This document shows positions 12,073 through 25,294 of a stretch of 61,741 nt of DNA, piece after piece; positions within the stretch are counted from its first letter, which is position 1; every line of letters begins with the position of its first letter. Origin of the DNA: Seison nebaliae (lineage: Eukaryota); assembly GCA_023231475.1 (NCBI GenBank), contig JALJEE010002461.1:1-61741 (forward strand). Reading direction: 5' to 3'. Below the pieces are notes generated by a model. It searched no databases. It was not told where the DNA came from and saw only the letters and a program-made list of their open reading frames with translations. Both the position numbers and the translations under genes were made by a program.

Positions 12073-15000
12073 CTACTTAAATTCTCCGTTGAGTTTGTTG
12101 GTGAAAGCTTTGTCAAATTCGTTTTGTTCCACATAGACCTAATACGAAAGATGAAATTCAAATATAATTATTACGAAAATTTAACTTTGTTCAATGCGAA
12201 TAATAATTCATCAACTTTTCTAGGAAATGCTTTAACTTGATCGGCGTATGCCACATTACCATGACCGGTTCCTTTCGTCTTCCAATATTCTGGATCATCT
12301 GGATTTGTTGCCGTTCCGGACCAAACCTTCACTTTCTTAAACATGAAGTCAAGCATTTCATATTGATTTTGTTCGTTACTCATTCTCGCTTTGATCGTTG
12401 CAAACGAATCGTTGATAATAGCGATGAACATGGTAAGTAGAACCCAAACGACGAAGAAATTGTAGATTAATAACATGAAATTGACTAAAGGTGAATTGAT
12501 ACTTTGCATGGCAGCAAATTCGAATTTGCCTAACATCATCTGCATCATAGTGTAGGAAGCGGTGAGTACGGTACTGAAGGCTCTTAATCGATAACCGAAT
12601 GTCAAATAAAAGGCAAAACCGAAGCCAAGGAATACGATCATGAACATGGCCATAAATGCCGATAACTGTTTCACACTAAGTGCCAATGTGCGACCAAGTG
12701 AAGTGATTAGTTTGTTGAATCTCAATAATTTAAGGAATTTGATGGTGGTGATGAAGGCAATGAATCCGAGAAAGTTCGATAACATCTCATTGAAATATCC
12801 TACTCGTTGTAAACGAATATATTGATTTCCATTCGATTCTTTAAACGTTTTCGCTACGTCCAAACCTTTCACTAATCGATAGATATACATCGCTATAACG
12901 GCATAAGATAAAGTGACAATTAAGAAGTCAACAATGAACCAAAAGTCGCTAAATAGCAAACAACATTTCTTCTTACCTTTCACATACATTTGACGAATTA
13001 CACCATAAGTATAAAATATGATATAAATGGCGAAGACGACATCGCAAATCACTTTGAATAATGCAAAACCATCATAATGATTTAATAATGACATTGGTTC
13101 AAATCGATATGATTTGATGAAACCGGTTGTCGGTAACCATTCCAATAACATAGTACACGAACAGAAAATGTTTGCCCATGCATTATAGATTCCCCATTCA
13201 ATAAAGACAGCCCTCGTCTGTTGATCTAACCACTTTCCATCCTTCAATTTATTGATCGCTTCCGATAAAGCAGTAGTACTTCCTCTTATTTTGAAGACGT
13301 AACCACCTCCGGAGTAAAGAGTTCTTAAACCAGCATATGGTAAACCATCAATCTGCGATGGATCTGTATAGAAGAATTCCGTATCGTTTTTCGTCATTTC
13401 GAAATCTGCAAAAATTTTCGCTTGTCCTTTCTCGTATTCCAATCTCTCCCAATCGTACAATTCCCATTTGCTGTCGAAATTCCGTTTCTCTTCATTTAAT
13501 AACGAATAGTCGTCGAGACAGTCTCGATAAAATTTTCCCATTTGCTTCACTACTTTACATGTCTCATGTTTTACGCGTATCTGTCGAACGATACCATAAC
13601 CTAATAAACGGTTTGCTCTGTCACCAATGAAACCACGTTCATTGACCGGCTGATCTCCATTGTACCATTCGGTTGCTCGGAAATTTGGTATGAGAACATT
13701 GTCGAACCATCGAAAGAAGTCGCTGAATGAATTGACATTCTCAAATGGATAAAGTCGATCATTGGCATAAACAGTTTCTAAATGATCTGTCATATTGAAC
13801 ATTCTCGCGTCGCGATTACCATAAGCTACCACATAGAGTAACATTAAGAAGATACAGAAAGTTACGATTTCTTTGAGAACTTTCATCATTTCTAATTCTT
13901 TCTGTCGTTTAGCTCGAGCTTCTTTCAGTTGATAAGCATTTGGTGGTGCCACATCTCTAGCTCTTGCCCGTGTTGTAATTAGTTGATCATCTGTTCCTTC
14001 AACTGCATGTAACCATCGTTCGTCAGTTTTCAATGATTTATTTTGAATATCTGCTACGATATCATCTTCATTATTATTATTACTTTCGTCATCATCTTCT
14101 TGTTTCTTACAAATCAATGAGAATATGACAGCTAACGCTATCACTTTAATTGGTTGAGTGAATAAAATACTGGAAAAGAATGACATGACTAATGATGTCA
14201 ACCAATCAGCAACTTTCTCATCCCCAAAAATAATTCCTTTACTGATGATGAAGAAAGCACATATTCCAGAAATAGCGAAACTTAAGAAATATGCAAAGAT
14301 GATTGTCCACCAAGGAAATTGGAATCGTTTCTTCTTCTTCTTTTTCTCATTCATCGTTTTTTTTGGAGAAGCAACTTTGTAATATTTGCCCGCTTGTTCT
14401 TCCGTTTCAATATCTCGTAAACTAACCGCTGTATCAGGTCGACGGATTGTTGATGAACTATAACATCTGGATGCATCGAGACCTCGAAACTCTTCGGGTG
14501 GCAGAGCAACATCTACTTCCACATCATAGAAATTTTCAATTGTCTTTGATGGTGTACTAACATTCTGGAGATTTTTCTTAATTGCTTCTCTTAAACGATT
14601 TGGTGGCGGTTTTCGCATTCTCGAACGACGGAACAATTCCACTAGAATCATCGAAGGTACTATAATGATAATTGACGTGATAACACCCACACCAATTTGA
14701 GATGGAGTCAAATGAAATGGACCGACACTTAAACCGGAATTTGAAGCACTATCATCTTTTTGTATATCGTAATACATAATATTCATGACCATTGTTAAGA
14801 ATAAGAGAGTGAAACAACATGTCAATCTTTGAACACGAGTGAATGTAGACGTAGCTGGACGAGCGAATACACTAAACCATAAATGACCATCACTCATTGA
14901 ACGACTTGCTTTCTTGGTGAATAAAAGAGAAAATTCCGTTCGTTGAGCTTCATTAGCGACGGGTAATATTCTGTCGATTAATCCATCCTCCTTCTCAACT

Positions 15001-18000
15001 CCTAACCATCGTTGACAAACGAAATAAAATTTCTCATTCGTTTGTAAATCATTAACGAGAACATACTTCAAATACCAGGAAGCATATTTCCCTTTTCCAC
15101 TATTATCATGCCAGATTCTCAAATAAGTCAATGGTCCTAATGCTGAAGGTGACGCCATGATAAATGCGTCGGCAGCACCTCGTTGGAATACTTTTCGTTT
15201 CGAATCTTCCATTAATCGAATACCTGTCTCTCCATTATCACCAGATAATATAAAACGAACTTTTGATTCTGTTCCTCCATTTTGACGTAAACCGGTGAAA
15301 ACGACAATTTCATAGAAATATTTATCGCTCGCACGATTATCTGGAAGAGGTGTAACACCTAACTTCTCTATGTCATGTATATCCTTCTTTCGACAATATA
15401 TTAATAATAATAAATAAACCACAACGATAACGATAATCGTCGAATAAATTGTCGGATTGTCAGCAAATGAAGCATTTGCGAACACGTAATTAAAATCGAT
15501 GGCAGCCGGTAATACAATCCATCCACCGGCAAATTCAGATAAGTGATTTGAGAAACATTCGGTATATTTCCAAGTCGTTTTTGAGCCCACACGTAAACCA
15601 TCCGAATGATATCGATTATCGCTATAATAATAACATCCCGAGACAAACAGACGAAGAGAATAATTGGAGGAGAATTCAGCCACTTTGTCAGTTATTAAAG
15701 TCTTCTGATTGACAATTGGAAATGGACCAGTATCGTTACACAGATTCTCATTGGAATAAACTTCTCGAATTCCGATGGATAACATTCCTTTAAAACCTTT
15801 ATTATCCAATAAATTATATTGATAATAATTCATATCTAATCCATTAGTATTCCCTATTACTTGCACGTCATCAACATCGATTTTAGTTGAATTAAAGATT
15901 GCATGTGTACTTCTTTTGGCAATAACCACATAACATGTACCTGGTTGGTTAGGTTGAATATTTATATGAACTGATGCATCCTTCGTGCTGATATTGAACT
16001 GATGATATTTAAACATTGGATTTCTTTGTGTTCGTCCATCGACAATCGCATTATATTCAATGAATGGTGGTGGTAACATTTTCGGATCTCTAGGAACCAT
16101 AAGAGAGATTTCTTTTGTGGTGTTTTGAATTTGAATGAGATTTTCGTTTTCGTCGAACAATGTCAAACCAGCAGTTGTCGACATGCTGACCGGTACATCA
16201 TCATCACTTAGTCCTTTTTGAACTCCATAGTCTGGATTTATCTTTTGTAACGGAGCCACATTTAATGCCATCGATTGAACATTAACCTTTCTGGGACTGG
16301 TCACTTGACAATCACTCTTCACCATTTCACACCATTTGGGCAGTTTAATTCGAGAATAACCTTCATTGATTATCATTCCATCCATATTGCTAGCGCTCTT
16401 TGAACGTATTGTCATTCGTAATGCTGTCGAAGGAACAGTGATAATATCGCCGGGAACCAGATGTTTCATTATGGTTGGTCCGATGCGTTGGAGAGAACCC
16501 AACGACGTTCGAGAATTTTTCGCTGCCATTTGTCTTGTTTTTCGTACATTTCTGTTAACTCTTAATAGGTCAGCATTCATGCTACCCGAACTATCAGTAA
16601 ATGATCTGTCATTCATCCACACATTTTCTAGATCAGTGTCAAATTCTTCCGGTTCTTTTGTTGCTCGATCGAAATCGGTCGCCAATGTTGGAACTCGTCC
16701 ATAAGCAGTACCTACTGATGCTTCAATAGTATTACTTGCACAATTAGCTATCGATTGAGCCGCTGTTCGAATTGTTGCCAATGATATATCGTCGGACATA
16801 TCTGTATGCAACGTTCGAGCTAATCGATTACATTGATCAACTAACGAATCAACAGTTTGTCTCGACATTCCAGTCGTCATTTTGGCCAAACCGCTAAGAG
16901 CCGTAGCTTTCAATGCTACTTCGTCAACAGTCTTTGGTACTGAACTATTTTCCATACTTCGAACAAGGAAATTGAGAACTTTACCATTTTCTTCACGTTC
17001 TTTCGCCGATGGATCATCAAGATTAGGTCGACTTGAATAGGATCTCTGAACTTTCTGCTGATAAACCGCATCAGGGATGGCATATTTTTCTTCCGTTAAC
17101 ATATTACTCGTTGAAGTTTTCATAGAATTTTCTAGTAGATCAAAACTTACATCTTTTGATAGATCGCTGGGGAAACCAGTAATCGGGTTACCATTTTCCA
17201 TGGCTGTAGTAACGTCACCTAATATATTCTTGGTGTTATTTGCCATTGTAATATTGACCGTTGATGTATTTCTTACTGATTCCAATAAACCGTTATCGAC
17301 TTGATTTTGTGAAAGTGATTGTAACATTTGTGTTGTCTTTAGAATAGCCGCAGCTTGACTCTGTAAATTGCCTTCAGTGATCGCTTTTAATAAAGGATTT
17401 GATTGATCCACTTCCATTACTCCCGTATCTTCATATTTGTCTAGAAAATTGAGAGATTTAATCGAATCAATTTCCGTTTGAGCTGTAGCCAGAGGAACAT
17501 TTGTTACATCTAATTGTCCAATAATTAATTCAGTATAGCTCTCTAATTCGTCGAATATTCGCATCCATAATAAACCTTTCGTTACAGGTAAATTAATTTT
17601 TTTAGGTGCAGCGAATGCTCCATCCGTAGCTCGAATTGTATCTATCGTTTCTTCCAGATATCCAGTTGGATCTCGTACAATGACAACAAATCGATTGACT
17701 TCTCCATCATCTTTCCATCCTTTACAAAATAGTTCATAATCATCATCCACCGTACCGGTGAATTTATCCATTGTACATTTTCCTCCTTTTGGTGGCTGAT
17801 TAACCAACAAGATAACTACAGAATTGGTTTCTAATTTCTTATTTGAGATACTTAATTTTATTTTCCATTCTTTTACCATTGGAAATCGATCCATTAAACC
17901 ATTATCGAATACAAATTCGCTATTTGTTGTCTCTGCAAATTCTTCAACGTTATCTATATGAATCCAATGTCCATCACTTACATGTGTCGCTTTAGATGCA

Positions 18001-21000
18001 ACAGTAGCTTTTGTGATATCCGGTTCAACGAAATCCGGCCAAGATTGCATCAATTCCTTCATTTCCTCATCATACAAATAACTGACAGTCCAAGCATAAT
18101 AAGTTGCTGCCGATTGATTACAATTCAAACAGTTGCCACTAACTGTTATTCGAGAACCAAAATTAATCTGTTGGCCATGATTAACCGGTTTACATAAATC
18201 CGGTAACAAACATTTCACCGATGATTGTAGTACTTCTTCTTCTTTCAGTTCTAATATAATCGAAGTTTCGCTCTCTCGTCCATCTACAAATTTCGCTGTA
18301 CCGATTATCTCATACACATGATCCTTATCCAGGTAAGACGTCGGCAATAAGAGTTTGGTGGATATTTCAATTGTACCAATTCGACCTGGACCCGTTCCAA
18401 AACAACCTCCCAAATCCGGTGCATTCTTATCGAATTTCGGTGTTTTTACCGTTGTCACGTCATATTTTCCAATCGAAGGATCGAGAATCAAATCCTCTCC
18501 AATTCGTTTACAAAACCAATGATATTCCACAAAATTTTTTTCGTCCACTTTTGCCACGTCAACACTGTTTCCGATATCTGAATCATACGAATATTCGTCC
18601 ATTGATAATTTGAAATCTGTCAGATATTGCCACTGGAGAGTTGACACTACTCCAGGGTATAAACGAAGAATGATAGGAGATTTCACCACCTCGAAATATT
18701 CCTTCCTCACTTGATTAAATAAATGGATGTTCTCAATAGTACTGGATGTCATTTCGATAGAGAATTGGGCAACATAGAAACCCAGTTCCATTTTATTTTT
18801 TGGAATAATCAAATTGTTTGACGCCAAATCCACATCATCCAAATCGAATTCAGTCAAATCTAATTCCCCTGTTTGTTCACCGTAAGAATCCAATTTGAAG
18901 ATCTTCCATTTTTTCTTGATGTTCTCCGCTCCATCACATTCGATTTTGTCTACAATCACTTCAAATATTGCTCGTTTTGACCGATAAACTTTACGCCGGT
19001 TTTCTTTCGTATTTCCACTGTATGTTAATGAAATTGTTGGTGGTTTGCAGTTGGTATTAACCACATTACTTACAACAACTGAAAAATATTATTCGAAAAT
19101 TTTAGTTGAAAATTAAGAAAAATTTTGTTAACTTCTTAATTCATTCGTTTCAATCGCTGGTAATGGTTGAGGATCGGTTCCAGTTAAAGTGATAAATTCC
19201 GTAAAAACTATTGCTTTCACTTCGAACGTTTTTGCCGCATTAAAAATTGACGTCGTCGCTGGAACAACAGTATTGCCAACATTTATTATTTCAGTTGTTG
19301 AAACAGATTGAGTTTGGGCTAATCGAAGGAATTCTCCTCCGGTTTTATTATGATAATCAGACAATAAAACTTTGGAACAAATACCACCTGTTTGTAAAAC
19401 TCCGAGAATTTTCCTATAACAATTAGGATTAATTGATATTATAATCAAAATAACTTTTCATTCAAATTTTCATCTAATCCATAAATAATTGCACATATTG
19501 GAACATTTTGTGGGGAATCGCTAACTACCAAATTGATTGATGTAGTTTGACCGATAACTTTCGTTTCAACTTCAGCTGTTCCATCACTAGTAAATTGTAG
19601 CGATACAGTGTCCAATGATTTTTTTACATTAATGATATGATTGTTGAAATTTTTGGATTTAGAGATTCCATAATTTACTTGCAACGACAATTTTGTTGGA
19701 CCGACGTTCGATAACGTGTAAGTTATACTATCGGTTCTCGCAAAAGCTGTTCCATATACAACGTCATTCACAAGAAGTTTATACTCTTTAAGTGCTCCCT
19801 CAACGATCTTTGGGATAATTTCCACTTGAACATTGAAAGGATAAATATCGGAATTTGGTCCATAACCAATTCGATTTGAAGCTCCGACAGGAAGATTCGG
19901 CTTGAACCGAACTTCGATGGCAGGTGTATCAAAATAAGGTTCTGCGTATAAACTTACCTGGAATTCAATTAGACATTAAATAATCTATCATAAATGGAAA
20001 ATCTTTTATAACTTGTCGTTCCACATTAATCGTCTTTGCATTATTTGACAATTGAACCACAACGGTGAAAGTACCAGGAGAAGAGACTTTGAAAGGAATT
20101 ACATTTAGAGATGAATCCAAAAGAAATTCTTCATCACTGTTTCCATTTCCAGAAAATGTGATGGTCGTAGCTATTAAGATATTGTGATGATTAAAAGATT
20201 TTGAAGTATTGAAATTAACCTGTTTCCGATCGCAAGAGTTGTTCTTGAGTTTCCTTGACAAACATTTTGATAAATAAATTCTTCGTCGAATCAACTGGAT
20301 TTGTACCAGAAGTGATGGACGCAGATAAATATTTCAATTTAAAGTTATATGTCGCACCAAAAGCTAAATAAAAATAGGTAATAATTCTGGAACATCAACA
20401 AGAAATCTTAAAGAAACATGTATATCTCGCTTCATCCGTTTCTGGCCCAATTATTTCAACAGAGAAATCTGTCGGTTGTATATTGGCCTTTACATTCACA
20501 TTCTTCTTAGTTGTGATTATACGGTTTGTTACGGTATCTATTGCTTCCACTTTAATTTCGACGAGACCACTTGACGTGAATGTATGCGAATACACATCAA
20601 ATTCTTCGTATAACTCATCTAGAAAAATTTGAAAATGACTAATTTTACACAATTTCCAAATAGATATAACTTTGTCGCTGATCAGTTTTCTTCAGAGAAG
20701 AGTCGATATAGTATTTTAATGTAGTTTCCGCAATTGGTGGTCCACGTAATGCGGTTACTTTAATATCTTCCGATTGACCGACTAATGGTTGGTTCATTCG
20801 AATTTGTAATCCGACGACAGCTTGTCGAATATCGACCGTTGTAGTCAAATTAACATAACCAGCTTCATTTCCAACTTCACAAATAATATCATATGAAAGT
20901 GATGTGAGATAGAGATGTGAGACGACCATCTGATTACTCATATCTATATATGACGCATCTGTCCCAAAACTCAATGGCGTTTTAGTGTTATCACCCCACC

Positions 21001-24000
21001 AACATTGCCCTTCTGCTGGTTGACCATAATGTGCAACTCCAGGACTTTTCGGTTCCAAATACACTTCAGCTAAAGCATTCTTCAATTGATAACTGAGTGG
21101 ATTCTGTACCAGTTTTAATAGGAAATGATCTCCAATTGGAGAAATGACAGCAATGTTGAAAGCTGATGTATATTTATTAACTAAATTGCTCATCGTTATT
21201 ATAATAACCAAATTACCGGCTATTGTGTCATATGTGAATGACTTTGAAAAATCAGTGAGAACTGATCCTTTAGCGATATCTTCGCTAATTGGTGAATTAT
21301 CACCAAAGTCATATTCTAACTTAACATCAGATGGTAGTGGAGTACCATCTAACATTTCGATATCCAGCGTTACCGAATCACCAAAATTGAGTTTATTAGT
21401 GATGGGAATATTAGTGGTAATTGATGGTTGACGAATATTGTAATCGATTAATAAATAATCTTGTTTTCTCACACATCCCAAATTATTACAAATTTCTAAC
21501 GTTAATTCATAAGAAATACGTTTCGTCGCTGCAGGTTTAACAGCGGTCGCCAATTGATAACCATTAACGGTCATCGGTTCACTGACGTTCGTAAGGGTAT
21601 CCAGATTATCATATAAATATAAAGACGCCGTCATTGAGGAACCGGTCGCAACATTCGCCACAATTTGATATTCTTCATTAAAATAGTAAATTAATTTTCC
21701 AAATTCTACTCCGGAAATTCTTTCTTGAACATAAAGAGTCTCTTCAGCTTCATCAGAACTTAAGAAGTTGTAACATTTCACACGAAGCTTTAAACAAACA
21801 AATTCTTTTAAAGAGAACACAAAAATTAAAGGCAACTTTATATTCTCCTAATTCTCTATAGATATGTTGCAGCATTGATCCCGAAGGAAATTCAGCTGCC
21901 GTATGTATCGAATCGTATTCAGTGTCGGGAGAGACATAATTGTACCAAAATTCACATTTATAGGATTGACCTTTCACATCAACTTGTGCATAAGTTATCG
22001 AGTCTTTGATTGCTGAAATCCCACCAAGAAGAGTTAAATTCAAATCTTTTACCGGATCAATGATCGTTATTGGTAATACTAAAATATTAAGTTTAGGATG
22101 ATGAAATTAAATGTAAAAACTAACATGAAATCTTCTCGTCAATCAAATTTACTGCTCGAATTTCGATGACATATTGACCGTTAGTTAAAAATGAATAATT
22201 GAAGGTATTGATCGAATAATTCGTTTTCACTTCTTCTATCTTAACTTCATAAATGACACCATCTATAAATCCGATAAATTGATGAAAATTGATTGAAAGT
22301 ATGAAATTGGTCTAACTTGTCGATTCATCTTCCAAATGATCCATATTGAATTTTAGAATTGTCTCACTCTTCGCTGAGAGAACATCCGTTTTCATATCGA
22401 TGTGGAAATCATCCGAATTTGTAGTTTCGTCAATCGAGATATTGAATCGACTAATCTCTTTGACTGAAATGACTGTTGTACTTTCTTCATGACTTATCTG
22501 ATCATCATGTTCAAGAGATACATTTAAGGAAAAGATACCAGTAGAAGCATATTCATATCCCAAAAATACTCCAGATGGAATAGCAGTAATTAAGCCAATT
22601 GCTACTGGGGAATGTTTTGTCGTCAAATCAATTGTAACTATATCACCAGAAACGGAGGCACTACTATCCTGAAATAAAGTGTTGGTGAGTTTACCAGTAT
22701 CTGCTAAGTATGTATCTGTTTCAATTTCGGCTATGATACGATCTCCTGGTAATAATTCAAAGGAGAATTCGTTCTTTGTATTTCCAATATTAATTGCAGA
22801 TGGTTCTACTGAATTGATTTCATTCGATGCAAACGTGTGAACTATTTGTAGAGTGGTTAATCCGACATTATGATCCATAGGAGCACCACGAAAACAAGAG
22901 TCAACATTTGTCATGTTTGTACATTTTCCAGTATAACCACAAAATAGATGGTTGGCATCACAAGTGAATCCTTTTGGAACAGTTGGTCGAGCAACCTAAA
23001 ACATCAATTCTATTTAATTGGGATTTATATAAAAACTGAATAACAATTAGTTGAGTTACGGTACCTGCGACAATAGCATTAACCAAATAACATGGACGGT
23101 CGATGAAAATATTCCCAATGAGAACAGTTATTGGACTGGATTTTACTCCAAATGCTCGTAGTACTAGAGGACCATATGCCTGGAAAATAATTCCTTTAAA
23201 AAATGGAAGTTATTATAAAAAGTAATGGAATAAGAGAAACCATCATAAGGAATTTCGGATGTTACTGAATCAAAGGATGTTATGTTGGAACCATAATCCA
23301 CAATTAGCTTCTGTTTACTTTTCACTTCATTTACCAGATCTTTATTCTGATACCAAATCGTACTTTCGCAGTTATACAAATTATTTAACAAACTGATATT
23401 GGTCGCACATTGGAATGTGATGACTGGATCAATATCTTTGTTAATTGCATCGTTATATTTCACATTAACGACAACTTCACTGGTTACTGTTCCAACATAT
23501 GCGATTACTTTCAAACTGAACAGTCCTGGATAAGGTAGAGCTATTTTTGCTATTACATCTGTATCATCCAATTGAGTAGCGAAGAATGAATTATACATAT
23601 CGTCCGCCGTAAATAATCGGATGTTGAATTTAATCAGCGATTTAGACGCCGTTGGTGTTGTTGTCACTGTTGGTGTGAATTGTAATTCCGGTGTTGATGT
23701 TTCGATGTAGAGCGAGTTTTCTACATCCAACGCCGAATTGTAGGCAATGGAAATTGTTTCAATTGTGACAGAACCGACTGTATAGATTAGAAAAGGTATC
23801 AAATCATAATCGTCTATGTTTGGGACGCTACCTCCACAAGACATAGAAGAATCACCAGGACAAGCTATACCTTTACAATCATTGGTTGTCAATATCGTAT
23901 AATCTGAATTTCCTACCAATGTTAGAGATATAGCACACATACAATTATTATGAATGACAGCTGCATGTGTCACCAATGGATTTTGCAATGCTCCACAAGC

Positions 24001-24171
24001 ATCAACACATAATTGTGGAACCAATTTATTTCGGTTGTATGTGGCGGGATTTTGACTGAACCCATCTCGGTGTGGACCCTTGTAACATCCCTCGGAACCG
24101 ACAGGTACAGTAAGACTATTGATCGAATGGAAAACAAAGATGAATGATACTACAAAGAGTAGCACATTCAT
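12073..24171 (-). CDS. Polycystin-1-like (PKD1/PKD1L/REJ family) receptor-channel, ~3800 aa, 13 exons
   Basis: Signal peptide, WSC-like domain (GCYKG...LCVDAC...CMC...CPGDSSMSCGG), PKD-repeat-like beta segments, REJ-like region (NQPPKGGKC), GPS (TECFSNHLSEF), PLAT/LH2 (YEIVVFTG...YLRIWHDNSG..WYL), polycystin channel TMs. Twelve short GT-AG introns join the ORF pieces in frame; last exon VYVEQNEFDKAFTNKLNGEFK* ends at 12073. Confidence 0.93.
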
Positions 24172-24910
24172 TCTGTTGCAATCTCTCGTAAACTTTTTTA
24201 TAAAATATTCCCCAAAAAACTTTATTCAAAATTCTTGAGAATAAACTTTACTCGCAACTCCAACCAAATATATAGCAATTCTCCTTCCTCTGTTGTTGAG
24301 ATATAATGATTATTGATTTTAATTTAATTTCCCTTACGACTTCCGATCTCAAATTAAAATGGACACTTTCTTTCACTTTCAAGATAATTAGCCGAATGTC
24401 TTATAACGACGAAAAGTAACGGAGAGAAGGTGAATATATCGATTGAACCAGTCCTTATCGATCGACAACATTTTGAAATCTTCAAGAAACAAAACAAGAT
24501 GCAGAAAGAAGGTCAATCTCAATTCACGTTACCTTAGAAATCGAATGACGTTCGGGTATTTTATTTCTCTAATGCAAATGCTAATATTCATGATATGTCA
24601 TCTAAATGCTTTAAATTGACTTGTTTTCAATTAATGGCACATTTTCATAATTCTCTTATCCAAACCTTTACCTTACATCATTACTTCATTCAAATGAAAT
24701 CATCCATGTACGAATCATTTCGCAATTTTAACTTTATCGATTATTAGATTTCCATCGAATTAATTGACTTCAATTTCTGCAAACTTTTTCAATTTTCCCA
24801 TGAAATAGCTTAATGAAATTCTTCCTTATACTGAATGAAATAAAGATTGCACAAAATTAATTAGTTAACTCAATGTTTAGTAAAATATACTTTAGTATAG
24901 TGTTTTTTCG

Positions 24911-24942
24911 TATAGTGTTCAAGATATATCTTGAACACTATA
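24911..24942. repeat. Perfect 32-bp palindrome
   Basis: TATAGTGTTCAAGATA|TATCTTGAACACTATA is its own reverse complement. Confidence 0.95.
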
Positions 24943-25294
24943 ATATTAATTATTTTTCTCTCAAAATTAGTCAATCGACCAAATCCTTCATAATTATCTT
25001 CTTTATAAACTTTTGGAATTAAATGTAATCCAAAGAGATTAGTGAAGGGATGAAGTAGGAATGATGATAGGACGATCAAGGAGACCTAAAAATAAAAATA
25101 TAATTTATTAAATAATTTTAATTATGAACAAATTTTATATTCAATATATTATCCGCAAATTACAATTAACATCGTACACAACTTCTAACAAACAACAAAG
25201 AAGAACATTAAATTAAATTATATAACATTGTTTGACAAATTCTTAGGAATTATCGAAGAAAAATAGCTCGAAAATGATTCATAAAATATAAAAA

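Noticed and set aside
19950..19962. U1 snRNA 5' end (AAACTTACCTGG)
   Set aside because: It is the antisense of a polycystin intron/exon junction; no U1 stem-loops or Sm site follow.
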